Below, one piece after another: positions 8,532 through 17,162 of a stretch of DNA of 20,155 nt. A program made the position numbers and the translations under genes. Origin of the DNA: an uncultured bacterium (GTDB taxonomy: Bacteria > Hydrogenedentota > Hydrogenedentia > Hydrogenedentales > JAEUWI01); NCBI GenBank assembly GCA_963977445.1, contig CAXBPH010000118.1:1-20155 (forward strand), read 5' to 3'. The notes beneath the pieces were generated by a model that saw nothing but the letters and a program-made list of their open reading frames with translations, did not search any database and was not told where the DNA came from. Position 1 is the stretch's first letter; each line of letters begins with the position of its first letter.

Positions 8532-8601
8532 GCCCCAGGTAAATTTTCCCAATTCCGGCACGGCCTCAACTTTCCCGTCCCGGTCTTGCTATACTGCCTC
8601 C

Positions 8602-9621
8602 ATGATGTCTCTGAACCCATTTGGACCCCTTCGCCCCGTGCGCCTTCGCGCTGCTGGCCGCTATCTGCCGTTGTGGCTTGCTCTGTTGGGGACTCTTGTC
8701 TCCGGGAGTGCCTTCGGGGCGGAAACAGACCAATTCCTTACGTGGGATATTGAGCTGGCGGATGCGTCGGGTGCCTTCAACGACTACCTCGATCAGGAAA
8801 TCGCGGTATTTCTTGATCGGGCCAACCGACGGACCCGGCCCTATGGGGACGCGACGGCGCTGACGTTGGCCTTCTATACGCACCTCTTTCAGGGTCTCCA
8901 CGCCTCTCGGGTACGTCATTGGCTGAAGCACGATGAGGGCGTGGCGCGCTATCCGGACAACAGCTTTTCCGACCTGGCCTATCAACAACAGAGTATCTTC
9001 CAAAAACCGGCATTTCCCTTTGTGCTGCCTATGGCGCAGACCATCCGGGTGGGCGATGTCTATTTCGGCATCGACAAGATTGGTCATATGCTGGGTTTTG
9101 GTCGTCGCTATCTTCAGATTTACGAACGCCATCGGAACGCCGGGCTGGATGATGCGGCGGCACTGGAAAAGGTAATCGCCTGGGGCATCCATCACGAGGC
9201 GGGCCTCGTCGGCAAATTGGTGGATGGCATTTTCTCCCACGCCGATCTCGAGGCCAATTACCAGGGGTTTCGAATGGCCCGTGCCTTTTGTGCGGGGGAG
9301 ACACCATTGTTTCACAACGTGGAGGGCGTGTGGGTCTATCGGGGCGGCCTCGACATTCGGGATTATATAACGCCTGACTTTGATGAGTCCTATAACCTGA
9401 ACGACTACGCCCGTTGGCGTTATCGGCGGGTGGCACCGGTTTTCCTGGCGCTTTATGGCGACAATCCGTTGGCACCCAGGGTTCAAAAACGTTTCGCGCG
9501 GTACCGGGCCCTCGGAGAACCGAGCCTTTCGAAGCGCCTGATCGATGCCCATTTTGATGGCCGGGTGCCCGATCCCCTTTACGTCCACCTTTTTGAAAAG
9601 GAACGCAATGCCAAACGCTGA
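8602..9621 (+). CDS. Secreted hypothetical protein
   Basis: Long ORF with a signal peptide (RYLPLWLALLGTLVSGSAFG|AETDQF). Start placed at ATG 8602/8605 because the 8503 start lies inside the repeat. Contains IDKIGH and FSHADLEANYQG motifs. Confidence 0.8.
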   Translation: MMSLNPFGPLRPVRLRAAGRYLPLWLALLGTLVSGSAFGAETDQFLTWDIELADASGAFNDYLDQEIAVFLDRANRRTRPYGDATALTLAFYTHLFQGLHASRVRHWLKHDEGVARYPDNSFSDLAYQQQSIFQKPAFPFVLPMAQTIRVGDVYFGIDKIGHMLGFGRRYLQIYERHRNAGLDDAAALEKVIAWGIHHEAGLVGKLVDGIFSHADLEANYQGFRMARAFCAGETPLFHNVEGVWVYRGGLDIRDYITPDFDESYNLNDYARWRYRRVAPVFLALYGDNPLAPRVQKRFARYRALGEPSLSKRLIDAHFDGRVPDPLYVHLFEKERNAKR

Positions 9622-10198
9622 ATCGATGGTTGAAATTGACGGCATTCTTGTCGATGTGCCCGCTCTGATGAAACTGAAGCACTACTGCGACCCCATGCTC
9701 TGCCGCAATGGCCGTTACTGCTGTGCCCAGTATGAAATCACCCTGGACAAAAACGATATGAAGCGGGCCGTGGGCCTCATGCCCGATGCGGCGAAATTCG
9801 CGCCCGACGTGGGGGAGGGCGGCGAATTTGAAAACCCCTTTGAGAAAGTAGAACCCGGCCGCTGGGCGTTGGATTGTCACAGCGAATCCGGGGCGTGTGC
9901 CTTTTCCTTCAAAGACAAAAAGGGCTGTGGCTGGTGCTCCCTCCATGCGGCGGCCCTGGAGCATGACCTCGACCCCTACGAGCAGAAACCGGAAGTCTGC
10001 ACCCTCTGGCCCCTCGCGTTGTCGGAGGGGGATGACCCGGTTTTGTCGGTACAGGATGACGTCTACTCCTTTCCCTGCGCCTGGAAACGTCGTGGCGCGC
10101 CAAAAACGCTCTATCCCGACATTGCCGCCAACGTGCAGGCCATATTCGGCAAGGAATTCCGGGAGAAGCTGGAGCAGGCCATCGCGGCACAATCCTGA
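9608..10198 (+). CDS. DUF3109/YkgJ-like cysteine-cluster (putative Zn or Fe-S binding) protein
   Basis: C-x4-C-x5-CC, then C.F....GC..CSLH and KP.VC.LWP. AAGGA RBS before ATG 9608; 14-nt overlap with the upstream gene. Confidence 0.8.
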   Translation: MPNAESMVEIDGILVDVPALMKLKHYCDPMLCRNGRYCCAQYEITLDKNDMKRAVGLMPDAAKFAPDVGEGGEFENPFEKVEPGRWALDCHSESGACAFSFKDKKGCGWCSLHAAALEHDLDPYEQKPEVCTLWPLALSEGDDPVLSVQDDVYSFPCAWKRRGAPKTLYPDIAANVQAIFGKEFREKLEQAIAAQS

Positions 10199-10221
10199 GC
10201 CAGATCCTGTCCCCATGAAAA

Positions 10222-10253
10222 TCGGGCCTACTCCTTGTGGGGAGTAGGCCCGA
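10222..10253. terminator. Intrinsic terminator between convergent genes (best on the minus strand)
   Basis: Perfect 13-bp stem TCGGGCCTACTCC/GGAGTAGGCCCGA with a 6-nt loop; followed by TTTT on the minus strand. Confidence 0.85.
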
Positions 10254-10283
10254 ACTATTTTATCCAGCTATGGAAGCTGCGTA

Positions 10284-11315
10284 TTACAGGGTCGTGCCCG
10301 CGCTCAATGCGCCTGCACCCGTAGCGAATCCACGGTTCACAGGAGCCTTGCCGTCACCAGCGCCGAATTTCAGGAATTCGACGTGACCATCCATGTAGAG
10401 CACATTACCACCACCGGGGATGTGATTGTACACCGCCGGGTTGGTTGCAACGCCATCATACATGATGAAGATGTCGGACTGGGCCTTTGACGAAGCAGCT
10501 GCGTTATTGATGTCGGTAATCAGAAAGCGCTCGATACCTTCACGAAGGCGAAGAATCTTGTCTCCACCGGCGGTTCCTACATTGGGAAATGGATAGGCGC
10601 TTGTGCTCACGTCGTTGTCGATCACATCAATCATCGCCTGGGTATTTGGGTAGGCTGCCGTTGCCGCCAGCGCCTGGCTCAGGAATGCTGCATTGAAGGC
10701 ATCATACTGAAGGGGAGCGATCGCGGTGGGATCAACCTGCTCACTGGGGCCGAGGATGGGGTTCAAGATACTGGCCGTAATTGCCATGGTACCTTGGGGG
10801 TCATCCTGCTCCATCCTATCCATAATGAAGCCGGTGTACTGGTAGCTTTCGTCAATACTACGGGCGCAGTCACCGCCACGGTTGGCAAAATAGCCAAAGC
10901 ATTCCACGCCATCTGCAGCGGGATTGCCCGTGGAGTCATAGTGGATGCTGAGATCGAAGGAGCTTGCGCCCGGATCGGAGGGGCACACAACGAGGTTGGG
11001 ATCGGTCAGGTATTCCGGGTAGATGAGGGGTACGGAAGGACCAACGTCCAACGCGGGTCCAGGGCCCTCGGAGCCCATGGAAGGGGGGGAGATGTCGAAA
11101 AAGTGAATCTGAATATAGGGATACTTTTCGCCTTCGGATTCGTTGGCAAACATCTTGTAGACAATGGCCCATTGCTTCAAGTTATTTACGCAGCTGGCAC
11201 GACGGGCCGCTTCACGGGCACGTGCCAACGCTGGCAGAAGGATGGCTGCGAGAATACCGATGATTGCAATAACCACCAATAACTCAATCAAGGTAAAACC
11301 ACGTTTTTGCTTCAT
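10284..11315 (-). CDS. Prepilin-type N-terminal cleavage/methylation protein, DUF1559 with H-X9-DG C-terminal motif
   Basis: [53 protein letters not shown]-terminal [24 protein letters not shown]. Confidence 0.95.
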   Translation of the reverse strand: MKQKRGFTLIELLVVIAIIGILAAILLPALARAREAARRASCVNNLKQWAIVYKMFANESEGEKYPYIQIHFFDISPPSMGSEGPGPALDVGPSVPLIYPEYLTDPNLVVCPSDPGASSFDLSIHYDSTGNPAADGVECFGYFANRGGDCARSIDESYQYTGFIMDRMEQDDPQGTMAITASILNPILGPSEQVDPTAIAPLQYDAFNAAFLSQALAATAAYPNTQAMIDVIDNDVSTSAYPFPNVGTAGGDKILRLREGIERFLITDINNAAASSKAQSDIFIMYDGVATNPAVYNHIPGGGNVLYMDGHVEFLKFGAGDGKAPVNRGFATGAGALSAGTTL

Positions 11316-11461
11316 GAATGATTCCTTCGTTTTAGATAGAAAAAAATTAAGAAAATAAAATGACTCTCAACTACGCCCTCGATGGCGCAAACTACGCCAA
11401 GCCCTCCATGCTTCGACGCTGACTTAACTACACAGGAGTTTTGATAAATCACTACACTGTT

Positions 11462-11490
11462 ATTCTCCATCTAATTACTGCAAATGTCAA
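11462..11490 (-). promoter_or_regulatory. Putative sigma70 promoter for the DUF1559 gene
   Basis: Minus strand TTGACA (11490-11485), 17 nt, GAGAAT (11467-11462) in AT-rich DNA. Confidence 0.45.
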
Positions 11491-11774
11491 CATAAATATT
11501 CCCATCCGGACCTTTTGGCGTGTTTACGACGACAGCGCGGGCAGCGGGGCTCTAACAACAAGGTGGCCGCGATCACGTGGACGATAGCGTTGCGCGTTCG
11601 ATGGCGTAGCGCAGACCACCCCTCATTTCCCGCGCAAATATCTATTTTTTCGCACATGCCCCTTAATGTGTGCTACAAATGCACCCGTCGCGACCATTCA
11701 TGGCCGGTGCGACGTATTTACGATACCTTCATTTCATTCAGAAAACCGTCAAATTCGGGAGGTGGCACGTCGCT

Positions 11775-12737
11775 ATGGAAAAATTGCTGATCGGGGTGGA
11801 AATTGGCGGCACAAAACTGCAAACCGTCCTCGGGACGCCACGTGGAGAGATTCTATCTCGTTATCGTGGCGACGTAGATCCCGCCCGAGGTGCCGAAGGC
11901 ATCCTGGCGTGGATGGAAACTTCTATCACGGATACCTTGGCCGATTGTCCGGCGGGAAAACAGGTGGCGGGCATTGGGGTGGGTTTTGGCGGGCCGGTGG
12001 AATCCGCCACCGGCCGTATCCTCACGTCACACCAGGTAGATGGCTGGGATGGCGTTCTTCTGCGCAATTGGATAGAAACCCGCTTTTCCCTGCCAACCAT
12101 CGTCGCCAATGATTCCAACGCCGCCGGCTGGGCTGAATATTGCCTTGGCGCAGGCCAAGGCACCCAAAACTTTGTCTATTGTAATATTGGCAGCGGTATC
12201 GGTGGGGCGCTGGTTGTGAATGGCGACCTTTACGATGGACAAGGCTTTGGTGCTTGTGAAATTGGTCACACCTATGTGCCCGACTGGACCGCTGAGCGTC
12301 CGGGGGCCATGGACAAGCTGGAAAATCTGTGCTCCGGCTGGTCAATCACCCGGCGAATACGTGGCTGGTCCAACGTGGCTGCCAAATCACCACTGGCTCA
12401 ACTTTGTAACAATACGCCCGCCACACTCACCTGTCCCATGCTTGCCGAAGCCGCCCGGCAGGGAGATCCGGTGGCGCTTGGCGAGGTTCATGCGGTAGCC
12501 GCAGCCATCGGAACGGCCCTGACCAACGTGGCGACGCTGCTCCATCCCGAGCGTATTGCCCTCGGGGGCGGCGTAGCGCTTATGGGGGATGTCCTCCTGG
12601 ACGCCATCGCTACGCACATTGACCAAACTATATTCGGTGCCTATCGGGGGCATTATCAACTGGTTTCCTGCGCGCTGGAGGAAGATGTGGTGACTACGGG
12701 AGCGCTCCTGTTGATTGATACACACACAAATTCCTGA
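11775..12737 (+). CDS. ROK-family sugar kinase (glucokinase-like)
   Basis: GVEIGGTK, GVGFGGP, NDSNAAG.AE, GSGIGG, EIGH, LGGGV; no N-terminal HTH. Start ATG 11775 follows GGAGG. Confidence 0.92.
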   Translation: MEKLLIGVEIGGTKLQTVLGTPRGEILSRYRGDVDPARGAEGILAWMETSITDTLADCPAGKQVAGIGVGFGGPVESATGRILTSHQVDGWDGVLLRNWIETRFSLPTIVANDSNAAGWAEYCLGAGQGTQNFVYCNIGSGIGGALVVNGDLYDGQGFGACEIGHTYVPDWTAERPGAMDKLENLCSGWSITRRIRGWSNVAAKSPLAQLCNNTPATLTCPMLAEAARQGDPVALGEVHAVAAAIGTALTNVATLLHPERIALGGGVALMGDVLLDAIATHIDQTIFGAYRGHYQLVSCALEEDVVTTGALLLIDTHTNS

Positions 12738-12788
12738 TCGCCTTTTAGCAGGTAACAGAATTGCGAAACCCAAAATTAGTGGTTATGC

Positions 12789-12818
12789 TTGCGCAGGGAT
12801 AAAGTTAGCGCATATACT
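12789..12818 (+). promoter_or_regulatory. Putative sigma70 promoter for the prepilin peptidase gene
   Basis: TTGCGC (12789-12794), 18 nt, TATACT (12813-12818); same -35 and spacing as the troA candidate. Confidence 0.45.
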
Positions 12819-12854
12819 TAGAATCCCCAACGTAGAAAATCAGCGAGGATTCCA

Positions 12855-13811
12855 ATGCCGGTCGAAGAAGTACTTGCCTCTCTCAATAGTTTTTTTGTCG
12901 CCATGTCCCTATTATTCGGGTTACTGGTGGGCAGTTTCTGCAATGTTTGCGCGGGACGTTGGCCCCATGGCGAATCGGTGATAACTCCCCGATCACGTTG
13001 TCCCAAGTGCATGAATGCCATCGCCTGGTATGACAATATCCCCCTGCTGAGCTGGCTCATTCTCGGAGCCAAGTGTCGGCATTGCAAATCACCCATCTCC
13101 TGGCAGTACCCCCTGGTGGAAGCGCTGACCGGCGTACTGTTTGTGGTTGTTTACCTCCGATTCGGAATGACCCTGGCCACGCCCGTCTATATGATGCTGG
13201 CCGCGGCCATGGTGGTCGTGACTTTTCAGGATCTGGCCGATTGGACCATCCCCGACGAGATTACCTTGACCGGGCTGCCCATCGGACTGGCCATATCCGT
13301 GGTCGCTTTGGTAATGGGGGACACGTCCCTACTGGTTACCCACCCCTTTGACGCCTTAGCAGGTATCGTACTCGGATTTTCAGTCCTTTTCGCGCTTGAC
13401 CGCATTACCGTGCTGATCCTCAAGAAACCGGGGATGGGCTTTGGTGATGTAAAACTACTTGCCATGCTCGGTGCCTTTATCGGCTGGCAGGGCGTATTGG
13501 GAACGCTCATGCTGGCCTCTGTCGTGGGTAGCACGGTGGGCATGGCGGTCCTGTTTTATTTTAAGATGAAGGGAAGTTCTGACGCGACTACGCCTGCACT
13601 TGCGGATGGTGACGTCGGGTCAGAGGCAGCGGCCCCGGTGCAAAACACCACGGCGCCAAGTGACGCTGACGAAGACGACGACGGCATTTCCCTGGACCAT
13701 CGCTATCTTCCCTTCGGGCCCTATCTCGCCTTTGGCGGTCTGGTGTATGTCCTGGTAGGACCACAGGCCCTGGCTTGGTATCTGGCGGGATTCGTCCCAT
13801 CAGGATACTGA
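12855..13811 (+). CDS. pilD: Prepilin peptidase/N-methyltransferase (peptidase A24)
   Basis: GSFCNV, RSRCPKC..WYDNIPLLSW...KCRHC zinc site, QYPLVE, catalytic Asp motifs QDLADWTIPD and GMGFGDVKL, C-terminal PFGPYL. GAGGA RBS. Confidence 0.95.
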   Translation: MPVEEVLASLNSFFVAMSLLFGLLVGSFCNVCAGRWPHGESVITPRSRCPKCMNAIAWYDNIPLLSWLILGAKCRHCKSPISWQYPLVEALTGVLFVVVYLRFGMTLATPVYMMLAAAMVVVTFQDLADWTIPDEITLTGLPIGLAISVVALVMGDTSLLVTHPFDALAGIVLGFSVLFALDRITVLILKKPGMGFGDVKLLAMLGAFIGWQGVLGTLMLASVVGSTVGMAVLFYFKMKGSSDATTPALADGDVGSEAAAPVQNTTAPSDADEDDDGISLDHRYLPFGPYLAFGGLVYVLVGPQALAWYLAGFVPSGY

Positions 13812-13885
13812 CCCACGCATTTCTGAATGATAGATCGGGTCGCGAAGGCGGCCCATGACGTCGTTCGGCCACGGAAGGAAACCCG

Positions 13886-14971
13886 ATGAGACCGGCACTC
13901 TTACGATTTCACGAGGCCTATTTTGAACGTCTCTGGGGAGGCACGCTGCTCCACGACGAACTCCACAAGTCCACGCCGGAAAATAAGCCCATCGGCGAGG
14001 CCTGGCTGATTGCCGATCACGCATCACAGGTGAGCACGGTCTCCAGCGGTCCGTGGGCAGGCCGATCGCTCCACGACATCATGCGGGAAGAAACCGGTTA
14101 CCTCCTGGGGACGGAAGCGAAGCCAACGATTCATGGCCAATTCCCCTTGCTGTTGAAAATCCTCGATGCCGCAGATGTCCTTTCCGTGCAGGTTCATCCC
14201 GATGACACGGCCGCCCTTGCACTCGGCGAACCCGACGTAGGCAAGACAGAAATGTGGCACGTTCTTTCCTCCCGGGAAGGCAGCGAGCTCATTTGTGGCC
14301 TCCACCCCGATGTTACCCCGGATTCCTTCGCCGCGGCTATCGAAAATGGCACGGTGCAGCAACTCATGCGCAGCTTTCCGGCGCCTCCCGGCACCTCGAC
14401 CTTTGTTTCCGCGGGTACCGTGCACGCCATTGGCGCCGGTATCCTTCTCGCGGAAATCCAGCAGAACAGCGACCTTACCTATCGTATATACGATTGGGAT
14501 CGACGCGATTCCGCAGGCAATGCGCGGGAGCTTCATCTGGAAAAGGCACTAAAGGTTACCGATTTCGATAGTCACCATGGTGGGCCGGCCTCACCCTTGG
14601 CCTATGACGAAAATGGAGTAACCGTTCAGGTACTCGGTGCCTGCCCCTATTTTGCCACCCAACTTATCAACCGGCCCGGCGGGTGGACACGTAAGACCCA
14701 CGGTCGCTCGTTCCATTTACTTCTTGCCCGCGACGAAGCGGCCACGGTTAGCGCAGGCGGGGAACGGGAGACCCTGGCCCGTGGCGAGGTGTTGTTGGTG
14801 CCTGCGGGTGTACCGGAATATCGCGTAGACAGTGGGGGGGCCGTTTTGGCCTTTTTTGTTCCAAACGTAGCCCTGGACATCATCGGCCCCCTTCGTGAGG
14901 GTGGAAATGAAGATAGCGCGATCCGCACCCTTGGTGTTACAGTAGATGAACAGAGTCTGGCGAGAGGATAA
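13886..14971 (+). CDS. manA: Class I mannose-6-phosphate isomerase (cupin)
   Basis: WGG, IGEAW, FPLLLKILDA..LSVQVHPDD, GKTEMW, AGTVHAIG, EIQQNSDLTYRIYDW.R, RELH. AAGGA RBS. Confidence 0.93.
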   Translation: MRPALLRFHEAYFERLWGGTLLHDELHKSTPENKPIGEAWLIADHASQVSTVSSGPWAGRSLHDIMREETGYLLGTEAKPTIHGQFPLLLKILDAADVLSVQVHPDDTAALALGEPDVGKTEMWHVLSSREGSELICGLHPDVTPDSFAAAIENGTVQQLMRSFPAPPGTSTFVSAGTVHAIGAGILLAEIQQNSDLTYRIYDWDRRDSAGNARELHLEKALKVTDFDSHHGGPASPLAYDENGVTVQVLGACPYFATQLINRPGGWTRKTHGRSFHLLLARDEAATVSAGGERETLARGEVLLVPAGVPEYRVDSGGAVLAFFVPNVALDIIGPLREGGNEDSAIRTLGVTVDEQSLARG

Positions 14972-15094
14972 GGCTATGCAGCCATCAAATCAGGAAAATC
15001 TGTTCCGATTTGGTTCACTTCATGTGAATTGTCGCTGGAAAACCCACGTATTGTGTGTAATCTTAAATGAGAATAGCAAAATACAAAGCGAGGT

Positions 15095-15697
15095 ATGGCA
15101 ATGCGTCAACTAAGTGATGCAGCGCTGGTACTTCGATGTATCGAAGGCGACACCGATGCCTACGGTGAAGTGGTGCGACGTTATCAATCGGCTGTCTATG
15201 CGACAGCTCACTATTATGTAGGTCGGTATGGTGTGGCGGAAGACGTGTCCCAGGAAGCGTTCTGGGCCGGTTATCGAAGCTTACGAAGGCTCCGTGATCC
15301 CAATAGACTGGGTGCCTGGTTGAAAGAAATAACAACCAGGACGGCCGCCAACTGGCTCCGTAGAAATCGGTCGCGTTTGATGGCGGAAACGCCGTTGCCC
15401 CATCGTCGGACGATATCCATAGAAGATGCGCGAAAGGGACCCGATGCACAACTGCAACGGGAAGATTTGTACGCTCGACTGAGTCGTGCCATCGATACCC
15501 TCCCCGAACGCTACCGGCTTCCGGTTATGCTGCGTTATTTGCAGGAATTAAGTTACGACGAAATTAGTGCGTTCACGGGGGAGTCCCGAGACGAAATCAG
15601 AGGTATATTGCATCGCGCCGGCAGGCAACTCCGAGACGTGTTGTGCAATGACGACAATGAAGAAGGACAGGCTGCGTGGCCACATGTTCACAAGTAG
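15095..15697 (+). CDS. ECF-subfamily RNA polymerase sigma factor
   Basis: Region 2 AEDVSQEAF..LGAWL and region 4 AIDTLPERYR...LRYLQELSYDEI. GAGGT RBS. Confidence 0.93.
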   Translation: MAMRQLSDAALVLRCIEGDTDAYGEVVRRYQSAVYATAHYYVGRYGVAEDVSQEAFWAGYRSLRRLRDPNRLGAWLKEITTRTAANWLRRNRSRLMAETPLPHRRTISIEDARKGPDAQLQREDLYARLSRAIDTLPERYRLPVMLRYLQELSYDEISAFTGESRDEIRGILHRAGRQLRDVLCNDDNEEGQAAWPHVHK

Positions 15698-16953
15698 ATA
15701 GTTTTTTCCAGGCCCACCTGGATGGGGAATTAGACCCATCTGAAGCGGTCATCCTGGAAGAGCATCTCCGTGGCTGTGGTCGTTGTCGTGCTGAAGTATC
15801 CTCCCTGAATACGCTCCACCATGAATTTGTGGGTGCCTGCCGTATGCACCGTCTTCGAGGTACGCTTGAAGCGGATGTTCTGGCCCACTTGCCGGATATG
15901 GATCCCGCACTGGAGCATGGATCCCACCCCACCGATCCCGGCGTGAAGGCCGTTCGATTCAGTTACCGCCTGCCCGTGTCCCTCGTGGCACTTGCGGCCA
16001 TGCTCCTGATTGGTGTCATGGGGGTGGCCTTGCTTCCTAAGACAGAACCCGCCATCGCAGACGATGCCATTGGCATGGTGGTGTACATGTCCGGGGCGGG
16101 AGCCGTCCAGAAAGATCCGGAGACTTCGCGCATTACGCCAATTGAACTCACGTCGTTGGTGAAGCGTAGAGACGATGTGGAGACCCTTGGCGATACCAAA
16201 ATCGCCATCGCGCTCGCCCAGGGCAGCACCATTAAGATTGCTCCCCATTCCCTGGTCACCATTGAAGACAGCCGAACCGTTTACGTTGAGCGGGGTATGG
16301 CCTACTTTGATGTAGAGCGTGGCCAGCGTCATTTCTACGTAACCACACCCACGGGCGAGATTCTGGTCTACGGAACAAGCTTCGTCGTGAGCGTCACACC
16401 CGATTCCACGACCGTGGCCGTTTATGAAGGCAACATTCTCGCCAGCACTCCGGAAGGCATGACGGCCGTCACTCACGGGAAGCACTCCATTCTTCGCCGT
16501 GGCCAGCTACCGACGCCCCCTGAAGATACGACAGATGAGTCGTTGATTTCCTGGTGTGCCTCCATGATACCGGATAAAGAGGCCCTCGCACTTTTTTATC
16601 AAACGATTGGTGTCCAATCCCTTTCTACCATAGCCGTACCTGCGGAAGCTGTCTATGCCGTCAGAAATCTGCGGGGTCGTGAAGTCGTGGGCATACAGAT
16701 CGACTGGAACTTCGATGGCTCCCCCGACAGTCACTGTGGATACTTTCTTCAGGTGACAGATAGCACGGACAACCTTTTGTTCCTGGATACTATCCACGGC
16801 AACATTTTCGACCAGTCAGAAGTCGAAGAGCTCATCCTCACCCCAAAAGATGGCCCTATTTCCGGGGTGGACGTCATTCACGTCCGACTTATCCCGGATT
16901 TCGATACCGGTTCTATCGAAAGCACAATCCGGGTCAAAGCTGTCGTTCGCTAG
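15676..16953 (+). CDS. Membrane anti-sigma factor with zf-HC2 (ZAS) and FecR domains
   Basis: C...LDGEL....HLRGCGRC (HxxxCxxC), one TM helix, FecR-like G.AYFDV..F.VTTP.GEILVYGTSF.V...VAVYEG. GTG start overlaps the sigma gene by 22 nt. Confidence 0.88.
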   Translation: MATCSQVDSFFQAHLDGELDPSEAVILEEHLRGCGRCRAEVSSLNTLHHEFVGACRMHRLRGTLEADVLAHLPDMDPALEHGSHPTDPGVKAVRFSYRLPVSLVALAAMLLIGVMGVALLPKTEPAIADDAIGMVVYMSGAGAVQKDPETSRITPIELTSLVKRRDDVETLGDTKIAIALAQGSTIKIAPHSLVTIEDSRTVYVERGMAYFDVERGQRHFYVTTPTGEILVYGTSFVVSVTPDSTTVAVYEGNILASTPEGMTAVTHGKHSILRRGQLPTPPEDTTDESLISWCASMIPDKEALALFYQTIGVQSLSTIAVPAEAVYAVRNLRGREVVGIQIDWNFDGSPDSHCGYFLQVTDSTDNLLFLDTIHGNIFDQSEVEELILTPKDGPISGVDVIHVRLIPDFDTGSIESTIRVKAVVR

Positions 16954-17040
16954 CGCCCCGCGCTTCCCGAAGTCCCTTACCCCCCCTTACTCCGTCACTT
17001 CGATACCATCTCCGTACGCAAAATTGCGTTGTGTGAATTT

Positions 17041-17062
17041 ATTTTTAGGCATGCTTCAAAAT
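17041..17062. promoter_or_regulatory. Candidate DtxR/MntR/TroR-family operator
   Basis: Imperfect 22-bp palindrome ATTTTTAGGCATGCTTCAAAAT (9 of 11 pairs) with a TTAGG half-site, next to the -35 of a metal ABC operon encoding a DtxR domain. Confidence 0.65.
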
Positions 17063-17065
17063 TGG

Positions 17066-17095
17066 TTGCGCACCAACTAAATTGAATGGTATAGT
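17066..17095 (+). promoter_or_regulatory. Putative sigma70 promoter of the tro/mnt operon
   Basis: TTGCGC, 18 nt, TATAGT, with extended -10 TG at 17087-17088. Confidence 0.55.
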
Positions 17096-17162
17096 CCCTG
17101 TATACGATGAGTCAAACCATGCCTGCGGGTGTGACGTCACGTAACCGAAAGGACTGCCTGCC

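Noticed and set aside
7716..8753. Several 64-168 aa ORFs over the repeat region
   Set aside because: They are translations of the non-coding repeats, with no RBS or domain signal.
8566..10216. Long antisense ORFs of 359 and 395 aa
   Set aside because: Shadow frames of well-supported plus-strand genes in GC-rich DNA.
10227..10240. 14-mer CCTACTCCTTGTGG shared with the reverse complement of repeat copy 1
   Set aside because: A 14-nt match is near chance expectation in 20 kb, and it is not conserved in copy 2.
11670..11774. Extended N-terminus of the ROK ORF
   Set aside because: The ROK fold begins at MEKLLIGVEIGG and GGAGG precedes ATG 11775.
17131..17140. Palindrome GTGACGTCAC (TGACGTCA also at 1663-1670)
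   Set aside because: Too short to distinguish from chance; no known bacterial regulator assigned.
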